A stretch of 64,000 nucleotides of DNA from positions 1,633,197-1,697,196 of the forward strand of contig NC_090600.1 in the NCBI RefSeq assembly GCF_000497125.1. Direction: 5' to 3'. A program made the position numbers and the translations under genes. The stretch comes from Spironucleus salmonicida. Its lineage: Eukaryota. This document shows, one piece after another, positions 41,871-54,203 of this stretch (position 1 is the first letter of the stretch; each line of letters opens with the position of its first letter). The notes below the pieces were generated by a model. The model saw only the letters and a program-made list of their open reading frames with translations, had not been told where the DNA came from and ran no database searches.

Positions 41871-42344
41871 ATGCCACCAACCAAAGGGGGAAAAAGATAG
41901 AAAAAACACTAAGAGAATGAAACAAGAGATATGGATATTGCTCGTTAGTTAGCCTTAAAATAAGAAGGTGAAGAATATGCACTTATTTTGAAGGAATTAG
42001 GTAATAGAATGTTCCGTGCATATTGTTTTGATGAAAAGGAAAGACGTATCCATATACCCAAATCAATTCGTTAGAGACTTGGAGCTGGTTCTTTAGTTCT
42101 TGTTGCTAAACGTGAATATGCTACTGAGGATAATGAGGCGGATATTGTACATGCATATTTTAAAGAAGAAATCAAACAACTTTAAGAGTTTGGCTATATT
42201 TCAGATAATTTAGAGGCAATTATGGAGGCTAAAATTGGTACTGCAGCAATTATGGAAAATTTAGGTAAGAAAAGTAAAAAGAACGAGGTTGTAGAAGATG
42301 AAGAGTAATAACAAGAAGAGTAGGTCGATATTGATGATTTGTGA
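41871..42344 (+). CDS. EIF1A: Eukaryotic translation initiation factor 1A
   Basis: MPPTKGGKR.., EGEEYALILKELGN, CFDEKERRIHI, LVLVAKREY, ADIVHAY; acidic tail DIDDL*. Confidence 0.9.
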
Positions 42345-42549
42345 TCTATTTTTCTAAATATGTTATTTAATTGTAATTAGTTATATAGTTTTTATTATTC
42401 ATAGATAAATATAATTAAGACAAAATAGATAGATTTTTCATTTGCTTGTAAAAACTTCCTTTGATGAATAAAATATATATTTGGATTAAAGGTTAAATTT
42501 TATTAAGAGCATACTTATTTATATATAGTTATTTATATCTAGTAATTAA

Positions 42550-43275
42550 ATGCCAATATATTTAAACATAGATAATTGCACAGGTTGTTCGAGTTGCGAG
42601 ACAGCATGTTCTAAAGAGGCTTTAATAATGATAAACAATAAACCTGTATTAAATTCGGATGAGTGTGTTCTATGCGGTCATTGTTTTGCTATTTGTCCAA
42701 CAGGATGTTTTTCGTTATTAGGTTATGAATCTGAAAATTTATAAATGGATGTTAATAATATTATTGATGCTATAGTAATGAGAAGAACGATTCGCCATTT
42801 TAAATAAGAAAGTGTCGATTAAGATTTATTATATAAAATAATTAACATCAGCAGGTATGCACCATCTGCCTCAAATAAACGTCCAGTTAAATTTTTAGTT
42901 ATAGGAAGATCTACCATGTAACAATTACTTCCTGTCATTGTAAATTAGTTACAGCTCACTAGCAATGATAATACATATCTTGTATATCGAAATGCTCCAC
43001 ATTGTATTATCACATATGCATCTATGGATTTAAAATATCCACCTGAATAAGATGCTGCTATTTATTTAACTCAGATTGAATTGTATGCACAAAAGTATGG
43101 ATTAGGTACATTTTGGGCTGGTAGAGTTTCGAATGGACTCTAATAGTAAGGTGCTTAAATATTAGGGCTTCAAGGCATGTCAATTCTAAGTTGCATGGGT
43201 ATAGGGTATCCAAATATAAAATTTGCAAGACCTGCTGCAAGGTAGGATGTTGGAAACGTAATTTGGATTGATTGA
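42550..43275 (+). CDS. Ferredoxin (2x[4Fe-4S])-nitroreductase fusion
   Basis: CTGCSSCETACS and CVLCGHCFAICP; MRRTIRHF, SRYAPSASNKRP, ELYAQKYGLGTFWAG, MGIGYP. Confidence 0.92.
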
Positions 43276-43304
43276 GAGTTGTATAGTATCGTATTTTTTA
43301 TAAA

Positions 43305-43934
43305 ATGTAAAGACTAGTTTAAATCGAGATCCCTCAACCTGTTGGGATTAAAGTAATAACTGCTGGCGATGTTGTATAAATATAGTCATCTGAGTAAGCT
43401 TGGTCATACAAAAATAAACAAGTTAATCCAAACTATAACGAGCACTTAGGATTATGCTTATTGTTATAAGGTTATCTGCAGGCAAGATTGAAAAATGATA
43501 AATCTATTGAGCTAATTAAAAAAAGTATAGAGTTGGTACCAAATTCTTTTAGAATATTGTCGTCTGATTTATATTTGATGGCAAAAGCTTATATATTTGA
43601 AAATAATATATCTGGAGTACCAAATATGTTGTCTACAAAAGATTTAGATGAGTATTCTATTTCATATACTTTAGCTACTACAGAGGCTTTATTTATAGCA
43701 GGATAATATTATAAGTTAGCAGTTGAATAATTATAGTCTTAAAAATTGAAGGAGTGGTGCTAGTAAGGTGTATATAGATGTTAAGAGAAAGTAATTTAAA
43801 CTGGAATCTATTCTATCTTTGAATAGGCTCCAAATATAGCTTATACGTTATCACTTAAACTTAAAGATAAAGAATAAAAGGCTTATTTATAAAATATAAT
43901 AAAATAAAGATTAACCAAGAATGTATAAAAATGA
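43305..43934 (+). CDS. Hypothetical protein (209 aa, helical)
   Basis: Code-6 extension of track ORF 43488-43706. Confidence 0.65.
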
Positions 43935-43983
43935 CTTTTATTATTATATATAATTTAGTAAACAAAAAGAATTACCACTTTAT

Positions 43984-44781
43984 ATGCTTTACTTCAAAAC
44001 TAATTTTGGATCAATTCCTCATATTACTCCACGCTTATTGAATGACATCGACCCAGAACACTAATTCGGATTATATTTAACCTACGATGTTTTAAAATAT
44101 GATAATATTACGTAAACTTTAAATTAGTTTATTAATGACGATCGAAAAATTTTATTAGGACCATCATCTCCACAAATCACTCCAATTATGTAGAAAAGCG
44201 ATGTAAAAGTAAAAACCAAAAACGGTTTCATTACTGTATCTCATGAATTATGGAATAAAAAATTAAGCTAATTTAATGTTAGAGCGATTGCTCCAAATCC
44301 TCACCCGTAAAAGAAAAACGTTACCAGAAATGAATTTCTTACATTTTTAAAATTTGAAGGAGTTGATTGGGTATACAATGCCGATTGGAACGATTTTTCA
44401 GCCTCATCAGCTGTGTTTAGCGATGATTTGGAGCTTTTGAGAAAACTACCTTCTAAAGAAAAATATTATTTTGTAGAAAACAACTTATAGAATTTTAAGG
44501 ATGCCGCTTAGCTCGAAATTAATATTATTTGCGATATTAATGATTTTTATACTAATAAAGAAATAATGCTTAAAAATGACTTTTAATTTCATTTTGTTAA
44601 AAATGTAAAATACGAAGCGACTTGCTAAGTTCTGGATAATGAGTGCAAAAACGAGTGTTGTTAATATAGCAAAGCATATTTAAGACATCTTTTGAACTGT
44701 CATGAGTTAACTGGGTGGGTATTAATGTAAATTCACAATGTAGGTGTATTATCAAGATATTTTAATGAATAAAAAGAGTGA
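43984..44781 (+). CDS. QTRT2: Queuine tRNA-ribosyltransferase accessory subunit-like
   Basis: N-terminal TNFGSIPHITP; C-terminal Zn site ECKNECCQYSKAYLRHLLNCHELTGWVLMQIHN. Confidence 0.78.
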
Positions 44782-44793
44782 AGATTGCAAAGT

Positions 44794-45327
44794 TCATTTT
44801 TTATATCTTAAATATAAAGCAAACAAAATGGCTGTCATAAAGCCAAAAGTATAAGACTTGCAAACTGTTTTAAAGTTTGAAGTTGGAGCATTCTTTTTAA
44901 TTTATTTTTTAAGGGTTGCAGGACTACCTTACTCCATCATACTACTTACCATTTAGCTAGCTGCCAAGATTTGGCTCATGTCTGCTTTTTCTAAAATACT
45001 TTTCTCATTCTGCTCTGTTTTTTCTGCCAAGAATGTTACTTCTTAAAGCAGCTTGCTATTTCTTCTTAATATAGTAGAAATATTATCATTTGAGTTATCT
45101 TCAATGTAAACAAGCCTTTATTGTTCCATTGGAGTAATTCCTAGTTAGGTTTCTTATAACTTCAAAGTTAAAGTGAACTCAGTTTTTGCTTTGATTCTAC
45201 CATCTAATTACTCAAATGTATGAGCTGCTAGAGGATTATTATAGATCTTAAATACTATATCTGATGTGGTTGTATTTTGTAATACAACTTTAGTTTACTT
45301 AGGTTTGATTACATTGTCGACTTACAT
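44794..45327 (-). CDS. VAP/Scs2-like MSP-domain tail-anchored protein
   Basis: KVVLQNTTTSDIVFKI..GRIKAKTEFTLTLKL (MSP-like); C-terminal TM FGFMTAILFALYLRYKK*. Confidence 0.65.
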
Positions 45328-45457
45328 TAGAGTTGATTATGAAGAGGAAAAACCGTAACATTATATGCTATAATTTATAATTATACTAACTCATACTTTT
45401 TAAAACATGAATATTATGTTTAATTATATTATAATTAAATGCAATTTTTCTCGAACA

Positions 45458-47464
45458 ATGGAGATATAAACATATATTTTTTGTTAAAATGAGAGCCTTG
45501 CTAAGTAGCTTAATTTTCCTCATTTTCTCAACATTTAACCTGATTTTTAACCCTAGTATGATACTGTTGTTTACTCAACATTCAATTCAGAAACTATATT
45601 GAGATCCACGTTAAAAAATGAATAATTAGATCTATAAAAGTAATAGATATATAAAATGTGTGGTTAAAACTGCCTATTTGTTTAGAAATTGGACCAGTTA
45701 AAAAACTATAAGGTATTTGAGCCCCTTTATAATGGATTAAATCTAGCTAAAACGGAGTCAACTGTGTTATTACAGCAACCATATTAGATTATATTATTAC
45801 TTAAGTTGAATGAGCAAAATCTATAAAAAATCTAAAAAGTTAGTTAGCTATTTGGTAAGTTATAATTTTTGAATGCTTCTCTATCATCTTCTTTAATTTC
45901 TGAAGAACTGCCGTTAGTAATAATTTCCCCAGAAAAACACAAAAAAGCATAATAAGAATTAATTAATAGTATACTAGAAGCTAGAAAATAGTTTTAGGAC
46001 ATCAAAAATATGTAATTTCCAGAGACAAACGATTCGATGATATAGGCAAATGACGAAGAAATTTCCCCTAAAAAGAAATCAGTTTTAAGCCAGTCACCTA
46101 GTTCGTAAAATAGTTCCAATAAAGCGATGACACCTACACTGGAAGAAAAATAGTCTTAGTTGCCACCTTTATTTTAAGGATCTTATATCTAACATTAATT
46201 ATAAAATAGTGATGTTAAATCACTTTAACATTAAGTGATTTCACCTATATAGGGTTATAAAGAATGTTCATAAAACTCAGAAGTAGATATTTTAGCGGAG
46301 GTAGAAAATAATTTAGACGTGCTGAATAATGAGGAATTATAAGATATTATCAAAGCTAATGAATAATTTTAAAACGAAATTATTAATGATTCTAAGTAAT
46401 CTACTGAGAGTATTATGTTTAGCTAATAGTTGACTAGTTTAAACTAATCTCCAATTAGGATTAATAATAATAGTTAAAGTTAGCTTCCACATTCTCCTTA
46501 TAATGATGTATAGTCTAGATTAAAAGACGTAGAAATAATATTATAAATGAATAATAATTCAACATTATAATAGTCACTTTTTGTGATTCAAGAATTAATA
46601 GATGATATCAGATTAAATAGTTAGCAAGATCCCAAAGTTTAGGAGAATTTGACAGCATATTTTAACTTTTAAAGTTAAGATGTGAAACCTGAGAATGTTA
46701 TATATTTGACAGAGGTAGAACAGATAATAAAAAAGCACTAATTATGCTACTCAGATTCTCTAATAGTATTAAATAGCGCAATAAAACCTACTAGATAATT
46801 AAGAACTAGAATATAACCTCTTCAAAAAATTGGGCTTATGTTAGATGCTAGTTATTACCCAATTGATAAATAAAACCTGACTGGCAAGTAGGATGTTATT
46901 AAAGCACCGAAGGAATCATCACCTATAGTATAAAACAGATTTACATTCCATCATACTCCGTTAAATAATAACAGTTCAAGTCAGTTAAAAGAGAAATAAT
47001 TATCATAAAATACCAAATCTAATGAATATCAGTATCTAGATTATAATCCAGATCATTTATAAGATATGTCGTTAATTGAAGCCCAGACAGTCCGGGCATT
47101 ATAGTAGTTGGGCGATAAATTGGAATATTCTGTAAATGTGAAAGAAGAGGCATTAAAATCTGGAATATCTTTTAATTATGATGATTTATATGAAAATGGG
47201 ATATCATAATCTAAAAATATATCACCGGTAGTCGCTTAAGAATTTAATGATATCAAATCAGAACTACATTTGATTAAGGATCAAGTATCTTAGATTTCGT
47301 AAAAGGTTAAAGACTCTAGTATTGCTGAATCATCATTTTATGAACGATAGAAATATGCACCAACAGTTTAAAGAATTCACGTTCCTGCATATAAAGGTGA
47401 TTCTTTACTAGATAGAGTTCACAAGGCTAGAAAGAATATCTTAGACATAAGATAATCATAATGA
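45458..47464 (+). CDS. Hypothetical Gln/Ser-rich protein (~668 aa)
   Basis: Long frame MEIQNIYFCQNE...ILDIRQSQ*. Confidence 0.65.
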
Positions 47465-47544
47465 TTTTGTTAAATTATTATATGTATTTTATTACATAAA
47501 TTGACATAAACCACACAATATTATTTAAACCACAAATTTTAAAA

Positions 47545-48309
<765 letters not shown>

Positions 48310-48680
48310 TAATATTAATTCAGTATCTAGATTTACTTATACTAGGGTCTATTCTCAAGCTTTACATTAATAATATGTAGTATTTAAAAATATCAACTGT
48401 TCCATTACCTTATGAATTAGGTTCCGACTTTATCTGAATATTGCCTTGGTATAACATACACTAGATATAAGATACATTAGTTTGAAATTCAGTGAAACCA
48501 AATATTAAGTTTTTAATTAATTTAACTAGCTATTTAATTTGATTAATATTTTTATTAGTTATAAAATATTGGCAATATAATTATAAAAAGTTACGAATAT
48601 AATGTATTACTCTATAATCATTAACAATTATTTTTAGCACTAAAAACTATAAAATCATTATAATATCATAAGTATAACAA

Positions 48681-48866
48681 TCATTTCAATGTATCGCCTG
48701 CTTTTGCCAACGATTTTTCAACACTTTCTAGAAATACTTTAATTTGTTAGTCCAGGTATTACATATTGGATTGCTCTTATTAAAGCTGCATGTCCAGGTA
48801 ATTTAAGGAAACATTTTAGTAATGCATTTGTTAATACAGTAGTTACTTTTTGTCTTGATCAGTCAT
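48681..48866 (-). CDS. Small hypothetical coiled-coil protein (61 aa)
   Basis: AAAAATG start; MTDQDKKQLYQQ...LESVEKSLAKAGDTLK*. Confidence 0.5.
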
Positions 48867-48903
48867 TTTTACAAAATAAATAATATTGTATAATAGTATA
48901 TAA

Positions 48904-49611
48904 TCACATGAGATTTAAAAATTATTACCAATCTAGTTATTTGAGTGATTCATCTTTAAAGCATATAAGATCGGCAGCTGATGGTTTCCTTGATTATGGT
49001 TTTTCTGGCTCTTATAGCTAGTGTTAAATAGAAGTTATTCTTGGAATAACATTATTATGCAAACAGTTTTATATTTATATTACTTTTGATACTTGAACAC
49101 TAAGATCTTCAGATGATTTAATAATCGGCAATTTATCATTGTTTTATTGTGAAATAAGTGGTTTTTAATTTTTATAGTCAGCTTTGGTTGAAAGTTTATA
49201 ATTATCCTTTCTTATTTTTTAGAGACATCTATTGATAGCTTGATGCAGTGACTTATTGTGGATGTTTAAAGCCTTATTTTGTTCTTTGAAAATCCCACTT
49301 ACAAGTTATACTAATGTTTTGTCCGATAAATATAAATTCTACTTGCAACAAATATTTTCAAGCTATGTCTTAAATTCTTTTATATCTGTATAAAACTATT
49401 TAGACCAGGTGTTGTGAAAGTAATCATGGACCTATAATTAAGTAACTTACAGAGCTTATGCAATAGTTGTCCAAATGCCTCTTTTCTCAGAAATACTAAG
49501 TGTTTGTAGGTACTTATATGTGTCGTTTTCAAATTAAATGTTGAGTGAGTAGTTTTTATTTAAATATTCCCTTAAGTACTACGAAAACTGCTCTTTTTAT
49601 TATTAGTCCAT
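48904..49611 (-). CDS. Hypothetical protein with Myb/SANT-like helix-turn-helix segment
   Basis: GIWTTIAQALQVTQLQVHDYFHNTWSKQF; frame traced fully to TGA at 48904. Confidence 0.7.
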
Positions 49612-49770
49612 TTAGTAACTAATTGAGATATACATTTATTATACATAATACTATTTTACTTTAAAAATACTTTATATTACAATTTATATCATAAAATAAT
49701 GGTATTATAACATAATTTAATATTATAATTATTATATAGAAATTATGCTTAATTAATTCCTAAAATTTAA

Positions 49771-50535
49771 ATGTCCTCTCACCAGCTAACCTTTGACCCC
49801 TTATCCATCCACATCCTAGACCGGACGGCCGCTCTCATTCACTTTGCAATTTTATCTAAACATACCAATTCTCTTCACTTTTTCGATTTTAACACATCCC
49901 AGCAGTCGCTGTCTGAAACACGCAAAATACTCCTCAACAACCCAGTAATCTCCTCATTTTTTAACAGTAAATAGATTTTGATTTTGTAAAATTCGTCGCT
50001 GACCATATATCAGCTTTCAGGGCAGCTCAGAGAAGTGGAACTGTCCTTCACGCCACATCAAATTTTTCAAAATTACATCACATCGAAATCCGGTTAGATT
50101 TTCATTTTCAACTCCCAATTCGACATAAATTTAATCGCAAAACTTGCTCTTCCACCACTTCAAGTTTTGCGATTAAACGATCAAATTTTGACCATTTCAC
50201 TCCTTCAGGCTCAGCGGTTCGAAATTCAACCTAACGATTCGCTGAAGGAAATTCTAAATTTGCGTGTGAACTGCAGGGCCGCTACGACCAAAAACGATAA
50301 AATCGTATTCGCGTCTGAGAACAAGATTTATGAATTTGGAACGGAGATTAAAGAAGTGAAAATCGAAGTCGGTGTAAACGTGATGCATTTGGACTGTTTT
50401 GGCGAGCTCAGTGGGAAGTGCTGGTTCCGTGACAAAGAAATCGGCAGTGGATTCGGGAGCGTTGTCAGCTGCTGCGAGGGAGTGGATTGCTAGATTTTCG
50501 GGTTTTAGAGCTGGGAACTCGGCATTTGGTGGTGA
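49771..50535 (+). CDS. Hypothetical beta-rich protein (254 aa)
   Basis: Joins track ORFs 49771 and 50167 under code 6; ends SWELGIWW*. Confidence 0.7.
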
Positions 50536-50925
50536 TGTGAAGAATGAAATTAATTATAAATATCGCTCAGGATAATTATTAAGAGAAATAAACTTTCTGG
50601 GTCTTTGGTCTATTGAATTAGTTTAAGTTAGCATATGTACTTAAAACGACTTGATACGTAGTTTTAAGACGTATAATAGAAGAACATAATTGAAGTTGAA
50701 TGACTAAGTTCAAAGAATACAATTACATTTTTTGTTATGAAATATAATGTATGAATAATTTGTATGATGGTTTGATAAAGACCAGTTAATTTAGTTATAA
50801 AAATATTAAAGTAACTTTATTTACACTTTTATTACATAGTAATAATTAAGTACGATAAATAGCGAGTATTATCATGTAAGTCATGATAATAATCGATAGA
50901 GATGAGTATTTATATTGAATTCTGA

Positions 50926-51375
50926 TCACTTGAACTTTTCAATTATACAACTGGCCCAGTCGCTGAGATAGTCTTCAAGACTTTCCTTAGATGCTCTGTC
51001 AAATTTATACAGTTAGATCATTCTCTATCCACCTAACTTCATAAATATATTATCGGCATCAATTGCAGCATAATTATGCTTTTCATGGCGCGAGCTTCCA
51101 ATGCCAAAAACAGCATATTTTTTGCCATTGAAGTTATTGATAAATTCTTCTGATTCTGCAAAAAAATTCATTCCTCTGTTGGCAGAAGATGGGTGATCAC
51201 CGTCAAAAAATGTAGATGTTAAGTATACAAAATCTGAGTTTACTTAAGCAGGCATAATATCTTTAGTAGAAATTGGCTCAGATATGGATATATTCTTAGC
51301 TTTAAGTAGGCTGAATAAACTACCTGCAACGGTTTTAGTTTGACCTTTTTCCGTGGAATAAATAATTTGAAGCAT
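50926..51375 (-). CDS. Flavodoxin
   Basis: IIYSTEKGQTKTVA, LTSTFFDGDHP, KYAVFGIGS, LGGQRM. Confidence 0.9.
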
Positions 51376-51759
51376 TCTAATTTTGTATACTTCTTATATG
51401 ATATTTAATTTTGAAAATAATATTCAAAATAAAGAGTATAATCAAACAATATATACACCTGAAAATCTTTGAATGAATTATTTATACTATAAATATGAAC
51501 TAGATTAGGTGAATAAACTGTAACGATAAAGGATCAAAACTCTCAAAACCTTACAAAAATAAAATATAGTATCTAAAAATATCAATAACTATAAACTAAT
51601 TATAAATTAACTTTTTTGAATAATTATTTTTAAAATAAATAAAATATACAGATAAGCAGTAATAAAAGATTAAGAATCAAAACCAACTTATAAATAAGTG
51701 ATATCAGCTCTATAAAAATAAGATGCTTTAGGAGAATACTCAAAAGAGGTGATCAAAAT

Positions 51760-52230
51760 ATGGATGGACTTCCAAAAAGTCCGGGCGCCGATGGCGACCA
51801 TTAAAGTAAAGTAAACTTCAGTCAAACCAATTATAATAATATGCAATTCTCTTTATTAAAGTTTGAAGAGGATAGTAATAATACTAAGTTTGGTCATTAT
51901 AGTAAAATATTAATAGCAAGATATATTTCTTTAGAATTAATAGATAGACTATTGTATGACATGGTCGAATAAGTTGTAGCATTATCAGAGTACTGTTTTA
52001 AGGGTGACGTTAGATTGTACAATACGATGATTATTTTAGACACGATTCTGTAAGAGCACTAATCAACGTCATCTAAAGTATGTAAGATTTATTTATAAGA
52101 ATTAATTAATAAAGTTTTGAAAAATAATAAACGAAAAGATCTCATTAAATTAGTTGAGAATCTATTTTAGATAGTAACTAAAACGTTAACATGGGGTGGA
52201 ATGTGCACACATTTATTTTTTTAATTTTGA
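51760..52230 (+). CDS. Possible hypothetical protein (156 aa)
   Basis: Open frame MDGLPKSPGADGDH...; no motif, start uncertain. Confidence 0.35.
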
Positions 52231-53315
52231 TTTTGTGCGTTAGATATATTTTCTATTTCCCGCTGTATTTGAAATAAATATAACCGATATTTATGATCTA
52301 TTTTAATTTATTCGAATCTTGAGAAATTATTATAATTATTAAAAATAAATATTAATAGTGGGTAAAATGATGTATAATCCATCGGAAAACACGGCACTTA
52401 TTGGCGGTACAACTGGCCCCCAATCTCTAAAGAGATCGATAGTACAACCGATACCGCTTTATTTGCTATTCTGTTGATATTTTTTTAAATCAATCTTTGA
52501 TATTGATAAAGCTGCAAATATTTATAGATTATAAAATATTGTTGCATGCGATTTTTTAGTTTGATTAACGATCACATGGGAATTTATGGGGGCGCACCAT
52601 TCTCCTAACTGCTGCATCTTATTTAAATTGACTGAGCAGAATAGAATTTGAATTAGAATTATAACACTCAACCCACAATCTTCATTCCGCACCAGCCTGC
52701 AGTTCATCGGCACTCAGGCTGGTGCTCAACCACATATCATAGAATCGGTAAACCGTTAAAGACCACCTGGTATCCTAATGCAATAAGTGCTCCCATCATC
52801 CGCATACCAGCACTGACTCACACCAATCAGGCAGCAGGTGCACCTGATAGTTGGCATGGAACTGCTACATTGGACTGGATACCTTTCACATTGAGCAGAA
52901 TTAAGAGCGAACCCCACCCCACCTAAACTAATATGCTGCTCTCCCAGCGATCTTCAGGCGAGCACTGTTATTTTGATGCATATCAGGACGCCTGAGCTGC
53001 TGCCTCCGGTTCATGCTAACAGTGGGGCATGCACAGATAAACTACGGTTGACTCGAATATGAGATAGGTGTATAGAATATAATGCATAAATATATAATAT
53101 AATTTAGAGAATGCAGAATATATACTATTTACACTTTAGCACTGAGCCTATATTGGTTATGCCCAGAGGATATATATGATAATAGATATACTAGGCTAGC
53201 ACGCACTAGTGAAATACTAAGTTCGGTAAGTTAGTTAGCTAGCGTCCTCAAGCAGCTAGTTGCTAGCTAGCAAGAGCTTGGGTAAGATTAAAGCACGAAT
53301 GAAGAGCTACCTTTA

Positions 53316-54203
53316 ATGGTACGGTAAGGATCCCCATCTGCCGCATTATACTATACCCCAATAGAAGCATATCGGAATATATTCTATTAGACGAATTTGT
53401 ATATAACGAGGTTAGGGAGTATATTGCTAGCCTAAACTATTTATAATAGTATTTAGTATGAATATATCTAGTTATAATAATATCAAAACACAAAGATACT
53501 GTGTTCGAAAAAGCAATCTAATACAGCGACGGAGAAGGGAAAGTTAATCAGAAAGTCAAAAACAAGAGATTAAAATTGCATATGGATATCATACCCAGAG
53601 CGAGCATACTATAGTTTAGCTTTTGATGGGTTCGATGGATATGAAAACTTGCGTATAGAGCTAATCGTTCTATTTCGCTACAGCATTACTGGTAGGTTTT
53701 AGGCATCAAATGTATTGCAAGCACCTATTTCGTTAAGTACAAGACGATGCCTCGGTTGCCAATAAGTTTTGATATTGGGTCCTACATTCTTGGGCATGGA
53801 AGCACAATATTGGACTTAGTGTATTCTGCTATAAAATAACACTTTCGGTACAATATTGGTACTAAATTATTATAGTAGTAATACTAGCAGTAATTCTATA
53901 TTACCTTCCACATATCAATATCACATATATTTAATATATGGGTAGAACTTAGCGAAGCGGATATGCTAGATGGGGAGTATGGTTCTGCCAGTAGGCACTT
54001 AGCACGCCTGTAAGAATAAATGGCTGGGAAGTTTGGACATAAAGGTATCAGCTGGCTTTCTAATGTTTGCTTTAGCCGGTGGCGAGGATAGCGCTAGCTG
54101 GTGGTCAGGATCCAGCGAGGTAGCAGCAATAACGTAATTTATCGAGAGCAGGGTTGAACTTATGCTAGCTTAGGACTTCCACATTTTGGTGCTACGAGGC
54201 TGA
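53316..54203 (+). CDS. Orphan ORF (295 codons) reading into the satellite array
   Basis: ATG 53316 to TGA 54201-54203 traced codon by codon without internal TGA; no recognisable motif. Confidence 0.3.

Noticed and set aside
48681-49611. Possible intron or frameshift joining the two minus-strand ORFs
   Set aside because: The first ORF ends cleanly at TGA 48904 and the second has its own AAAAATG start after a typical AT-rich spacer
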